Origin: Candidatus Staskawiczbacteria bacterium
GTDB taxonomy: Bacteria > Patescibacteriota > Minisyncoccia > Minisyncoccales > Staskawiczbacteraceae
Assembly (NCBI GenBank): GCA_903835075.1
Contig: CAILLM010000009.1
Span: 25,274-89,273 of the forward strand
Length of the DNA: 64,000 nt
Direction of reading: 5' to 3'
Shown here: one piece after another, positions 46,074 through 54,386 of the stretch
Numbering within the stretch: position 1 is the stretch's first letter
How the letters are laid out: every line of letters begins with the position of its first letter
Made by a program: the position numbers and the translations under genes
Notes under the pieces: generated by a model
Seen by the model: the letters and a program-made list of their open reading frames with translations, nothing else
What the model was told of the DNA's origin: nothing
The model's database searches: none

Positions 46074-46099
46074 CCATCTTTTAATTGAGGTGGTTTTTT
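46074..46099 (+). terminator. hairpin + T6 terminator
   Basis: CCATCTT/GAGGTGG (with G:U pairs) followed by tttttt. Confidence 0.5.
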
Positions 46100-46118
46100 G
46101 TTGGTGGTATAATAAAAT

Positions 46119-46424
46119 ATGAAAAATATATTTAAAAATTACGCAGACTATTTTAAAGATAACCCACATGGTTATTGGTTCAGAAAAAAGCTTTATGGGT
46201 GGGGGTGGACGCCCGTAACGTGGCAGGGGTGGCTTGTTGTGGGTGTATATATTCTATGTATTACCTTATTTGCTTTTACAATAGATGAAAACTCACCACC
46301 AAACGAATTGATGTTTACGTTTTTTCTTCCTATCGCTTTACTAACGGCCGTGCTTATTCGCATAGCATACAAAAAAGGTGAAAAGCCAAGCTGGCAGTGG
46401 GGGCCACCTAAGAAAGACAAATAA
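46119..46424 (+). CDS. small two-TM membrane protein
   Basis: 101 aa with two hydrophobic helices and a Trp-rich N-terminus. Confidence 0.45.
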   Translation: MKNIFKNYADYFKDNPHGYWFRKKLYGWGWTPVTWQGWLVVGVYILCITLFAFTIDENSPPNELMFTFFLPIALLTAVLIRIAYKKGEKPSWQWGPPKKDK

Positions 46425-46485
46425 ATTATATAAATTATATCGCTACGCTAAAAAATTTAAAAAATTAACAGTAAAAATTTTCGAT

Positions 46486-46848
46486 ATGGATGAAGAAGAA
46501 ATAAAAAATAAATTAACTCCAGAGCAATACAAAGTTTTAAGGGAGAAGGGGACAGAAGTCCCTTTTACGGGGAAATATGTGCACAAAACAGAAAATGGAA
46601 ACTATGTTTGCATGGTGTGTGGCAACCTTTTATTTTCATCTGATGCTCAATTTGATTCTGGCACTGGCTGGCCGAGTTTTGATAAGCCCATTGAAGGGTC
46701 GGTTGAATATAAAGATGACCACGGAGCAACCGAGATAATTTGTTCAAACTGTAAATCTCATTTGGGGCATGTTTTTAATGATGGCCCAACAGAAACGGGA
46801 AAGAGATATTGTATAAATTCAGTTTGTTTAAACTTAAAAAATAAATAA
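46486..46848 (+). CDS. msrB: peptide-methionine (R)-S-oxide reductase
   Basis: Start moved to MDEEEIKNKLTPEQYKVLREKGTE. CMVC...CSNC zinc Cys pairs and the RYCINS active site. Confidence 0.9.
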   Translation: MDEEEIKNKLTPEQYKVLREKGTEVPFTGKYVHKTENGNYVCMVCGNLLFSSDAQFDSGTGWPSFDKPIEGSVEYKDDHGATEIICSNCKSHLGHVFNDGPTETGKRYCINSVCLNLKNK

Positions 46849-46891
46849 CGCGTTGTGTGTATTAAATTTTTTAATACGATTTGATATAATA

Positions 46892-46992
46892 ATCATAGAT
46901 TGGGTTAAAGTTATCTACGGTTGGAGTCAGTTGACATAATCTTATCTACGGATTATACTATTAATCGTAGATAGTAAATAACATATCTACGG
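46892..46992 (+). promoter_or_regulatory. fic promoter (TTGACA-N17-TATACT) embedded in a five-copy 9-nt operator-like array
   Basis: TATCTACGG at 46912-46920, 46943-46951 and 46984-46992. Inverted TATCTACG at 46966-46973 and a one-mismatch inverted copy at 46892-46900. -35 at 46931-46936 and -10 at 46954-46959. Confidence 0.5.
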
Positions 46993-47013
46993 TTCAATAA
47001 AGGAACAAAACAT

Positions 47014-48141
47014 ATGAGAAGCGGAAAATATATCAGCCAAGTATCTAAAGATAAAATTCCATACAAGGCATTCAGCCCGGGGAATTTACCATTCAAAATT
47101 AATTTTGACGAAGAGCTTCAATCCTTACTTTCTAAGGCTGACTTAGCATTGGGGAGACTGGATGGAATTGCTGAAACATTACCTGATGTTGATTTTTTCA
47201 TTTTGATGTATATCAGAAAGGAGGCCACGCTTTCCAGCCAAGTTGAAGGGACACAAGCCACCTTCGCGGATGTTTTGAATGCAGAAGCAAAAATAGAAGA
47301 CTTAGAAATACATAAAGATGTAGACGAAATTTTGAATTATGTTGATGCAATGAATTATGGACTAACTGGCTTAAAAAAAATCCCCTTATCTTTAAGGTTA
47401 ATAAAAGAGATCCATCGACTTCTACTTTCAGGTGTTAGGGGTGAATGGAAAGAGCCAGGAGAATTTAAGAAAACACAGAATTGGGTTGGAGGAACCGCTA
47501 TTGAAAGAGCGTCTTTTATTCCTTGCCCACCACAAGAAGTGATGGCGGCTCTGGATAACTTTGAAAAATTTCTGCATCAAAATTCTCAACTTCCAGTTCT
47601 AATTAAAACTGGTTTAATACATAGTCAGTTTGAAAATATTCACCCATTTTTAGATGGTAACGGCAGAATCGGTAGACTTTTAATTACATTTTATTTGTGC
47701 CAACAGAAATCTTTGGACAAACCGTTGCTATATCTTTCAGATTTTTTTAAGAAATATCGCCAAGAGTATTATGACAGACTCAATGCAGTTCACGAAAAAG
47801 ACGATATAGAAGGCTGGCTTAAATTTTTTCTTGAAGGAGTAGCCACAACTGCAAGTCAGGCTGTCGAAACAAGTAAAAAGATAATTAAACTGAAAGAAGC
47901 GGATATAAAAAAAATAGCAACCCTTGGTAGATCCACTATCAAGGCTATGGTAGTTTTTAGTTATTTATTTCACACACCAACCGTAAGGGTGAAAGATGTA
48001 GAAAAAATTACGGGATTAAAAAATCCTAATGCTTTAGCATTAATAAGTAAATTAGTGAAAATAGAAATTCTAAAAGAAATTACAGGCAGAAAAAGAAACA
48101 AAGTTTTTAGATATCAAAACTACGTAAACCTTTTCGAGTAA
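47014..48141 (+). CDS. Fic family protein (AMPylase-type) with a C-terminal wHTH-like region
   Basis: Fic motif HPFLDGNGRIGR; 375 aa. Confidence 0.85.
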   Translation: MRSGKYISQVSKDKIPYKAFSPGNLPFKINFDEELQSLLSKADLALGRLDGIAETLPDVDFFILMYIRKEATLSSQVEGTQATFADVLNAEAKIEDLEIHKDVDEILNYVDAMNYGLTGLKKIPLSLRLIKEIHRLLLSGVRGEWKEPGEFKKTQNWVGGTAIERASFIPCPPQEVMAALDNFEKFLHQNSQLPVLIKTGLIHSQFENIHPFLDGNGRIGRLLITFYLCQQKSLDKPLLYLSDFFKKYRQEYYDRLNAVHEKDDIEGWLKFFLEGVATTASQAVETSKKIIKLKEADIKKIATLGRSTIKAMVVFSYLFHTPTVRVKDVEKITGLKNPNALALISKLVKIEILKEITGRKRNKVFRYQNYVNLFE

Positions 48142-48146
48142 TTTTT

Positions 48147-48157
48147 ATTGTGCGACA
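48147..48157 (+). repeat. island motif copy 4
   Basis: ATTGTGCGACA 5 nt after the fic stop codon, before the bidirectional terminator. Confidence 0.9.
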
Positions 48158-48171
48158 AAACATTATTAAAT

Positions 48172-48201
48172 AAAAAGTAGGGAATTAAGCCCTACTTTTT
48201 T
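48172..48201. terminator. bidirectional terminator between fic and the YdeI-like gene
   Basis: GTAGGG-aattaag-CCCTAC flanked by an A-run and a T-run. Confidence 0.75.
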
Positions 48202-48452
48202 GGTCTATGCGGACAGCCGGGCCAACAGCAGGGCCGACGCATTTCATCTATAAGTTCCGAGCAAACTCTTTTAACGTGGTCGGCTCTTGTTTCAGCTCCT
48301 TTAACTGAAATAGTCCAACAGATCCACTCGTTGCGAGATAGTGGAGTTATGTCTTCCCATTTTGCCAATGCTTTTGGATTGGCGAGTAATGCCTTTTTTA
48401 AATCAGCTGGTAATTCGTGCACTACACCATTTGAAATATTTTTATTAACCAT
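48192..48452 (-). CDS. YdeI/OmpD-associated family protein
   Basis: 86 aa. LPADLKKALLANPKALAKWEDITPLSRNEWICWTISVKGAETRADHVKR resembles the YdeI C-terminal family. Confidence 0.55.
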   Translation of the reverse strand: MVNKNISNGVVHELPADLKKALLANPKALAKWEDITPLSRNEWICWTISVKGAETRADHVKRVCSELIDEMRRPCCWPGCPHRPKK

Positions 48453-48467
48453 ATTATTAATACGTTT

Positions 48468-49463
48468 TTATTTTTTATCTGGATCACTGTGGAATTGGTG
48501 ATGTATGTCACGCAATCGTTTATTTGTTACGTGCGTATAAATTTGAGTCGTTGCGATATTTGAGTGGCCAAGAAATTCCTGAATGCTACGAAGGTCAACT
48601 CCTTGATTCATTAAATCTGTTGCATAACTGTGGCGCAATGTGTGCGGAGTTGTGAAAACTGGAATGCCTGAAAGTAGGGCATATTTTTTTACAATGCGTT
48701 CAATTGAACGCGGGGTGAGCCTTGGATCAGCTTTTTCGGACTTGTCGCCTGCACTGAGCGTAGCCGAAGGGCGAAAGTTTATAAACAAGGCTTTTGAATG
48801 CATACTTTTTGCAGCGTTCCTAATTTCTAAATATTTTTTTATATATTCTAGCGCGCGTTCAGAAAAATAAACTGTGCGAGGTTTTCCACCTTTTCCAATT
48901 ATTCCAAGTTCTAAATCTTTTCTGTTTTTTAAGTTTTCAAATTGTTCGAGGTTTAACGCAACTAATTCTGCAATACGCAAACCAGTTGAAAAAAAGCTCT
49001 CTAAAATAGCGCGGTCCCTGATACTTATATCATCCTTAGGATCTATAGATGACAAAAGCTTGGCAATTTGATCTAAGGTAAGGAATTTTATGCTTTTTAG
49101 GCCTCTATCTGCCTTTGCAAGGGCTATTTTGTCAGGAGGGGTGCATTGTATGTCTTTTGCCACAAAATAGCCCAAAAGGGCTCTTAGGGCTATTAAATAG
49201 TAGTTTTGTGTGCCTTTGCCTAGCAATTTGCCCGTAGCAGGGCTTGGGGTGCGGGAAAGGTACAAACGGTATGCCCAAATATGCTCCGAGGTCAATTGAT
49301 GGGGGAGAATAGAGCTATTTTTACTTATATCAAGCCAGCTAAAAAATTTAATTAAATAATTTTTATAATTCTCCTGAGTATTTTTTCTTAAACCTTTTTC
49401 AACTTCACAAAAATCAAGAAAATCTTGAAGATGTTGTTTAATTGGTTTGTTAGAATTATTCAT
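48468..49463 (-). CDS. tyrosine recombinase (XerC/XerD/integrase family)
   Basis: 331 aa. N-terminal SAM-like core-binding domain, TGLRIAEL, HTLRHSYATDL and LGHSNIATTQIYTHV. Confidence 0.85.
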   Translation of the reverse strand: MNNSNKPIKQHLQDFLDFCEVEKGLRKNTQENYKNYLIKFFSWLDISKNSSILPHQLTSEHIWAYRLYLSRTPSPATGKLLGKGTQNYYLIALRALLGYFVAKDIQCTPPDKIALAKADRGLKSIKFLTLDQIAKLLSSIDPKDDISIRDRAILESFFSTGLRIAELVALNLEQFENLKNRKDLELGIIGKGGKPRTVYFSERALEYIKKYLEIRNAAKSMHSKALFINFRPSATLSAGDKSEKADPRLTPRSIERIVKKYALLSGIPVFTTPHTLRHSYATDLMNQGVDLRSIQEFLGHSNIATTQIYTHVTNKRLRDIHHQFHSDPDKK

Positions 49464-49514
49464 TGTTTTAGATGAATCTTAATTGGGCCCCTTGGGATAC
49501 GTCGCTTTACCTAC

Positions 49515-49525
49515 ATTTTGCGACA
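49515..49525 (+). repeat. one-mismatch copy (ATTTTGCGACA) of the island motif in the recombinase leader
   Basis: Lies 14 nt beyond the predicted -10 of the recombinase promoter. Confidence 0.5.
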
Positions 49526-49538
49526 TTGCCTCTATCTC

Positions 49539-49567
49539 TATAATACACCCCCCTCAGCCCAGGTCAA
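49539..49567 (-). promoter_or_regulatory. predicted recombinase promoter
   Basis: Minus strand reads TTGACC-N17-ATTATA, with a second TTGACC immediately upstream. Confidence 0.4.
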
Positions 49568-49595
49568 GGTCAAAATAGACGACCTAAACATCAAC

Positions 49596-50006
49596 TTATT
49601 TTGTGGGTGTTGTAACAGGCGGACAATTTTGCGGAGTCCCCGGCTTTGTAATACTATTGGCAATTCCAGAAAAATAATTTTCAGTTTTTTTTAAAATATT
49701 TTCAGAATTATTTTTTTTGTCAGTTGAATTAACAATTATTACTGCTGCTCCCCCGCTTTTAGACCCTTCTGCTACTTTTGAGACGACGTTTGTATTAACC
49801 CATGCAGATCCTTTTGACAGCTGGGCACCTGCCTGATTATTTGCTGCTGAGATGAGGTTTTGACCAACCTGCTTAAAATATATTTGCTGGCTTAAAAAAA
49901 CAAACACTAAAATAAAAATTATTGCAATTACTGGTAAAATAAAATTCTTTTCCACGGGTCTGCGAGCGAGGCGAACAGATTTGCTTCGGAAATCAAGCCC
50001 AGACAT
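49596..50006 (-). CDS. membrane-anchored hypothetical protein
   Basis: 136 aa with a single TM helix (ILPVIAIIFILVFVFL). No motif recognised. Confidence 0.4.
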   Translation of the reverse strand: MSGLDFRSKSVRLARRPVEKNFILPVIAIIFILVFVFLSQQIYFKQVGQNLISAANNQAGAQLSKGSAWVNTNVVSKVAEGSKSGGAAVIIVNSTDKKNNSENILKKTENYFSGIANSITKPGTPQNCPPVTTPTK

Positions 50007-50065
50007 ATCTTACACATTGCGGGTTTGATTTACGCTGAACACCTTACTGGGTTAATTATATATTA

Positions 50066-50076
50066 TGTCGCACAAT
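50066..50076 (-). repeat. island motif copy 5 (inverted)
   Basis: tgtcgcacaat on the plus strand. This is ATTGTGCGACA on the minus strand, 4 nt after the exonuclease stop codon. Confidence 0.9.
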
Positions 50077-50080
50077 AGTT

Positions 50081-50626
50081 TTATTTAGCGAACTGTGCGG
50101 GGTCTGCAATAAATTTTAAATAAGCTTCTCGTAATAAACGGGAGTCGTCTAATGCGTTGTGTTGGTTATATTTTGAGCGGTCAATTCCTAATTTGTTTAA
50201 AAGCTCAGCATTGTTTTCTGAATAATAAGCTTCTGGGTCTATTCCATAAGAAAACAGCATTGTGGCGAAATCAACAGACACTAAATGAAATGGATTTTCT
50301 GAATTTTCATCAACTGACATAAATAATTCCTGCCAAAAAATATTATCGTCCTGATTAATGTATCCAACCATATATGGTTTTGTGTCACCAACAAATTCTC
50401 TTATTTTTTCAACTGCGCTTTCTTTGCTTATTTTTTTACCTGAAAGAAACGGTAATACATGTTGTTTTACCCAATCACTTTCTTCCCCGCTGTAATCTAA
50501 CTCAACATATAATTCTTCGCCGTTAAATTTTACCAAACCAATTGAAATTAGCTGGGCCTTGTTTGGGTTTAAGCTGGTAAATTCTGTGTCAAAAAATATT
50601 ATATTATCGGAAAAAGGTTTTATCAT
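50081..50626 (-). CDS. DEDDh-type 3'-5' exonuclease
   Basis: FFDTEFT (Exo I), INQDD (Exo II-like), HNALDD (Exo III, HxxxD). Confidence 0.65.
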   Translation of the reverse strand: MIKPFSDNIIFFDTEFTSLNPNKAQLISIGLVKFNGEELYVELDYSGEESDWVKQHVLPFLSGKKISKESAVEKIREFVGDTKPYMVGYINQDDNIFWQELFMSVDENSENPFHLVSVDFATMLFSYGIDPEAYYSENNAELLNKLGIDRSKYNQHNALDDSRLLREAYLKFIADPAQFAK

Positions 50627-52119
50627 TATGAGAGCATTTTAATTGCGTTTTCTATAAATTTTAGGGTTTTTTCTTTGCCATAAATGTTAGCTATCTCGAA
50701 TGGGCTTGGTGACATTTTTTTTCCAGACAATGCCACGCGCAATGGCCATAGCAAATAACCCTTATTCTTTTCTGGATAACCTTTTTTTAAATTAAATTTT
50801 TCAGAAGCCGAAAACATTTCCTCTTCCAATTCTTTTAATTCCCAATTTTTTATTTCAGATAATATTTTTGTAGAGAATTCTAAAGAATCTTTAGTCGCGT
50901 TATCCCCTGCTTCTTTCCACTGCAATAAATCTTTATCAAAAATTAATTTATCTTGGAAGAAAAAATCTGCAAGCTCTACAATGTCTGATAATTTTTTCAT
51001 TCTAGTTCGGGAAACTTCCACAACTTCTTGAAGTTTGTTTTGAGGCATTTGCCCTATAACTAATAAACCTGCTTCTTTCAAATATGGCACGCAAAGCTCA
51101 GTTAATTTTTCAATTGATTTTTCTCTTATGTAAAGTCCGTTCAAGAAATCTAATCTTTGTATGTTAAATACGGCCCCTGCTTTTTGAACTTTATCAATTG
51201 TGAATTCCTTAATTAATTGTGATAAAGTGAAAACTTCTTTTTCAGTGCCTGGGTTCCAGCCTAATAAAACCATGAAGTTTATTAAAGCTTCAGGTAAATA
51301 TCCATTTTTATGATAATCAGAGATTGCCACGTCACCCTGTCTTTTAGACATTTTGCTTTTATCAGTGTTCAGCATTAATGGTAAATGTGCATATATCGGT
51401 TGATAAAAACCAAGTGCTTCTTGGAGTAGAATTTGACGTGGAGTATTTGACAAGTGTTCTTCACCTCTAATTACGTGACTTATTTGCATTAAAAAGTCAT
51501 CCACAACCACTGCAAAGTGATATAGCGGCGTTTGCAAATTTTTTGCAATTACAATGTCCCCCAACAGTGCGGCATCAAACTCTACGTCGCCCCGAATTAA
51601 ATCTTTAAATTTTATTTTTTTATTCTCTATTTTAAATCTAATTACAGATGGTGTGTTGTTTTTTATTTTTTCTTCAATTTCTTCTGCGGTTAGCCTGGTG
51701 CAAGTGCCATCATATTTTGGTGCCAATCCCCTACTCAATTGTTCCTGTCTCTTGTTTTCCAACTCTTCTTCAGTACAAAAACAATGGTATGATTTTTTTT
51801 CTTCAAGAAGCTGTTTTAAATATTTTTCGTAAATATCTAATCTTTGAGATTGTTTGTATGGACCATAATCCCCTCCTATATCCGGGCCTTCATCCCATTG
51901 AATTCCCACCCATTTTAATTCTGATAAAACTTCGTCTGTCCATTTTTGTTCTGATCTTTGAGTGTCTGTGTCTTCAATGCGTAAAATAAATTTACCGTTA
52001 TTTTGCATTGCAAAAAGATAATTATATAGCGCAGTTCGGGCAGTACCAATGTGAGCTGGCCCCGTTGGAGACGGAGCAATTCTAGTTCTTATTTGTTTTA
52101 TGTCTGTATTTTTTTTCAT
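50626..52119 (-). CDS. gltX: glutamate--tRNA ligase
   Basis: RIAPSPTGPAHIGTARTALYNY (HIGH region) and KMSKR (KMSKS region); 497 aa. Confidence 0.95.
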   Translation of the reverse strand: MKKNTDIKQIRTRIAPSPTGPAHIGTARTALYNYLFAMQNNGKFILRIEDTDTQRSEQKWTDEVLSELKWVGIQWDEGPDIGGDYGPYKQSQRLDIYEKYLKQLLEEKKSYHCFCTEEELENKRQEQLSRGLAPKYDGTCTRLTAEEIEEKIKNNTPSVIRFKIENKKIKFKDLIRGDVEFDAALLGDIVIAKNLQTPLYHFAVVVDDFLMQISHVIRGEEHLSNTPRQILLQEALGFYQPIYAHLPLMLNTDKSKMSKRQGDVAISDYHKNGYLPEALINFMVLLGWNPGTEKEVFTLSQLIKEFTIDKVQKAGAVFNIQRLDFLNGLYIREKSIEKLTELCVPYLKEAGLLVIGQMPQNKLQEVVEVSRTRMKKLSDIVELADFFFQDKLIFDKDLLQWKEAGDNATKDSLEFSTKILSEIKNWELKELEEEMFSASEKFNLKKGYPEKNKGYLLWPLRVALSGKKMSPSPFEIANIYGKEKTLKFIENAIKMLS

Positions 52120-52121
52120 AT

Positions 52122-53240
52122 TTAATAATCTAACATTAAAAATTCTAAAATCTCTCTGGCGACTGCTCTGGCTGCTAAAGGTTTTGCAAAAGCCAAAGCA
52201 GATTGTTGCATTTCTTCTATTTTTTCAGGGTGTAAAAATAATAGCTGAACTTTTTCCATGAAAAAATTAGGGGTTAAGTTTTCTTGTTCTATTACCATCC
52301 CAGCGCCTGTTTCTGTGTAGGCATAAGCATTTTTTGATTGATGATTTGAGGCAGCTGAGGGTAGAGGAACCAAAATACTTGGCTTACCAACTGCGGCAAT
52401 TTCAAAAATAGATCCAGAACCAGATCGCGAAATTATTAAATCAGCTGCTTTATATGCATGTTTTATTTTTTCTTCATCTAAAAATCCAATTGGATGGTAG
52501 TATTTATCTAAATCTTTTTCTTCCATAACTTGTGCTTCAGCTGATACTTCTTTAACATTTTGAGTTCCTGTGACGTGGATTATTTCGTAATCTTTTAAAA
52601 GGTCGTTTATAATTCTTAAAATAAAATCATTTATTGTTTCAGCTCCTTGAGAACCGCCAATTATTAAAAATATTGGTTTTGAAAGAGTTAAATTAAAAAT
52701 TTCCACAGCCTTGTCTTTACTTCCTTCTGAAATTTCTTTTCTTATGGGGTTACCAGTTAAAGTAATTTTCTCGGGGTTGAAATATTCTGTTTTTGGAAAA
52801 GAGGTAAAGATTTTTTTTGCCCATTTTGCAGTAACTTGGTTGGAAAGGCCTGGTACAACATCACTTTCATGCAAAAACACTGGAATTCCTAAAATTCTAG
52901 CTGAACACGTCACAGCTATGGAGCCCGAACCGCCCTTGCTGAAAACTAAATCTGGACGTATTGATAAAAGAAAGAAAAAACTTTGAATTATTCCAAAAGG
53001 AATTTTAAAAATAATATCAACAAAATTCTGCCAAGAAAAATATCTTCTTATTTTACCAGAAACAATTGTTTTAATTATAAAATCTTCTTGCGATAATAAA
53101 ATTAAGCTAAATTCATCTTTGGGACCCAAATAATAAAACTCTAAATCCTTTTTAGGATAAATTCTTCGTATTTCTCGAACAGTAGCTATTATGGGATAAA
53201 TATGCCCACCAGTACCACCTCCTGTAAATAGTATTTTCAT
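52122..53240 (-). CDS. murG: UDP-N-acetylglucosamine--N-acetylmuramyl-(pentapeptide) pyrophosphoryl-undecaprenol GlcNAc transferase
   Basis: FTGGGTGGHIYP N-terminus and two-domain GT28-like sequence. Confidence 0.9.
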   Translation of the reverse strand: MKILFTGGGTGGHIYPIIATVREIRRIYPKKDLEFYYLGPKDEFSLILLSQEDFIIKTIVSGKIRRYFSWQNFVDIIFKIPFGIIQSFFFLLSIRPDLVFSKGGSGSIAVTCSARILGIPVFLHESDVVPGLSNQVTAKWAKKIFTSFPKTEYFNPEKITLTGNPIRKEISEGSKDKAVEIFNLTLSKPIFLIIGGSQGAETINDFILRIINDLLKDYEIIHVTGTQNVKEVSAEAQVMEEKDLDKYYHPIGFLDEEKIKHAYKAADLIISRSGSGSIFEIAAVGKPSILVPLPSAASNHQSKNAYAYTETGAGMVIEQENLTPNFFMEKVQLLFLHPEKIEEMQQSALAFAKPLAARAVAREILEFLMLDY

Positions 53241-53254
53241 ATTTTTTATTAAGT

Positions 53255-54382
53255 TTAAGTAGTATTTTTTGAAATGTTTAATAAAAGGCCAATTCCAATT
53301 AACTCAACAACTAAGTGCGACCCTCCTGAAGAAAAAAATGGCAATGGAATTCCAGCTAATGGAAAAATTCCTGCAACAGAGGCCATATTTATAAAAGCTT
53401 GAAATGATATCCAAAAAGTAATGCCCAGGGCTGTCATTTTAGAAAACTTGTCGTGAGAATTTTGAGCAATTTTAATTCCCATCCAAAAAAATAAAATAAA
53501 GCAAGCAATCAAGGCAAGACATCCAATCATTCCAAGCTCTTCACCTATAATTGCAAAAATAGAATCTGTCATTGATTCTGGTAGAAAGAATTTTTCAGCT
53601 GACATTCCTAAGCCTTTCCCAAAAAATCCGCCTGAACCCAAAGAAATTAAGGATTGCCTTAATTGAAGTCCTTTTCCAAGTGGGTCTTGACTAGGATGTA
53701 AAAATATCAAAAGACGGTCAAAGCGATATGGCTCAAACTTTATCATAAGTAGTAAACTGACAATGCCAAGAAACAAAATAACAAGGGTGTGCCAAACTGG
53801 AGTTTTGGCATAAAAATATAATACAAATAAGGTAATGGTGACAACCCCAAGTGTGCTGGCATCTTTTTGCAATATTAGAGCAGAAGAAATTAAGCCTAGA
53901 AAAACTAGAAATGGGGCAAGTACGTGTATGGCATTGTGATAGTTTTTTGTTGCAATTGCTTTCCATTCCGAACTGCTTGTTTCAGCTAATTTTGATGCAA
54001 TCCATGCTGATAAATATAAAATAGCAGTAATTTTTAAAAACTCTGATGGCTGGAAAGTCATAAACCCTATTTTGATCCATCTGCTGGCACCACCTGCGCG
54101 AGAACCTATCCCTGGAATAAATACTGCAAACAACGCTAAAATATTTAAAATAACTAATAATGGCGCCCATTTCTTAATAAATTTTAAAGATATTTTGTAG
54201 GCAACAAAACCAGCAATAATTCCTGGTATTAGCCCTGAAAGTATTTGATGGAATAAATAGTAATTGGTATTTCCAAATCTTTGCAAAGAAGCCGCAGACG
54301 AAAGACAAGATAAAAATAAAAAACTAAACCCAGTCAAAATAACTGTCAGAAAAAATAAAGGATAATTAAAATGGCTTTTCAT
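53255..54382 (-). CDS. ftsW: SEDS family peptidoglycan polymerase (FtsW/RodA)
   Basis: 375 aa polytopic protein with the typical LPESMTDSIFAIIGEELG block, between murD and murG. Confidence 0.85.
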   Translation of the reverse strand: MKSHFNYPLFFLTVILTGFSFLFLSCLSSAASLQRFGNTNYYLFHQILSGLIPGIIAGFVAYKISLKFIKKWAPLLVILNILALFAVFIPGIGSRAGGASRWIKIGFMTFQPSEFLKITAILYLSAWIASKLAETSSSEWKAIATKNYHNAIHVLAPFLVFLGLISSALILQKDASTLGVVTITLFVLYFYAKTPVWHTLVILFLGIVSLLLMIKFEPYRFDRLLIFLHPSQDPLGKGLQLRQSLISLGSGGFFGKGLGMSAEKFFLPESMTDSIFAIIGEELGMIGCLALIACFILFFWMGIKIAQNSHDKFSKMTALGITFWISFQAFINMASVAGIFPLAGIPLPFFSSGGSHLVVELIGIGLLLNISKNTT

Positions 54383-54386
54383 TAAT

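Larger units (their letters stand above)
42298..50076. mobile_element. putative recombinase-associated accessory island bounded by inverted copies of an 11-nt motif
   Basis: Perfect ATTGTGCGACA at both ends in opposite orientation plus three internal copies. Cargo of stress, defence and toxin-type genes with a tyrosine recombinase. See findings. Confidence 0.4.

Noticed and set aside
42298-50076. Classical integron
   Set aside because: There are no attC-like imperfect palindromes with R''/R' (RYYYAAC/GTTRRRY) boxes. The recombinase converges on, rather than diverges from, most of the modules. I cannot verify the IntI-specific insertion by eye.
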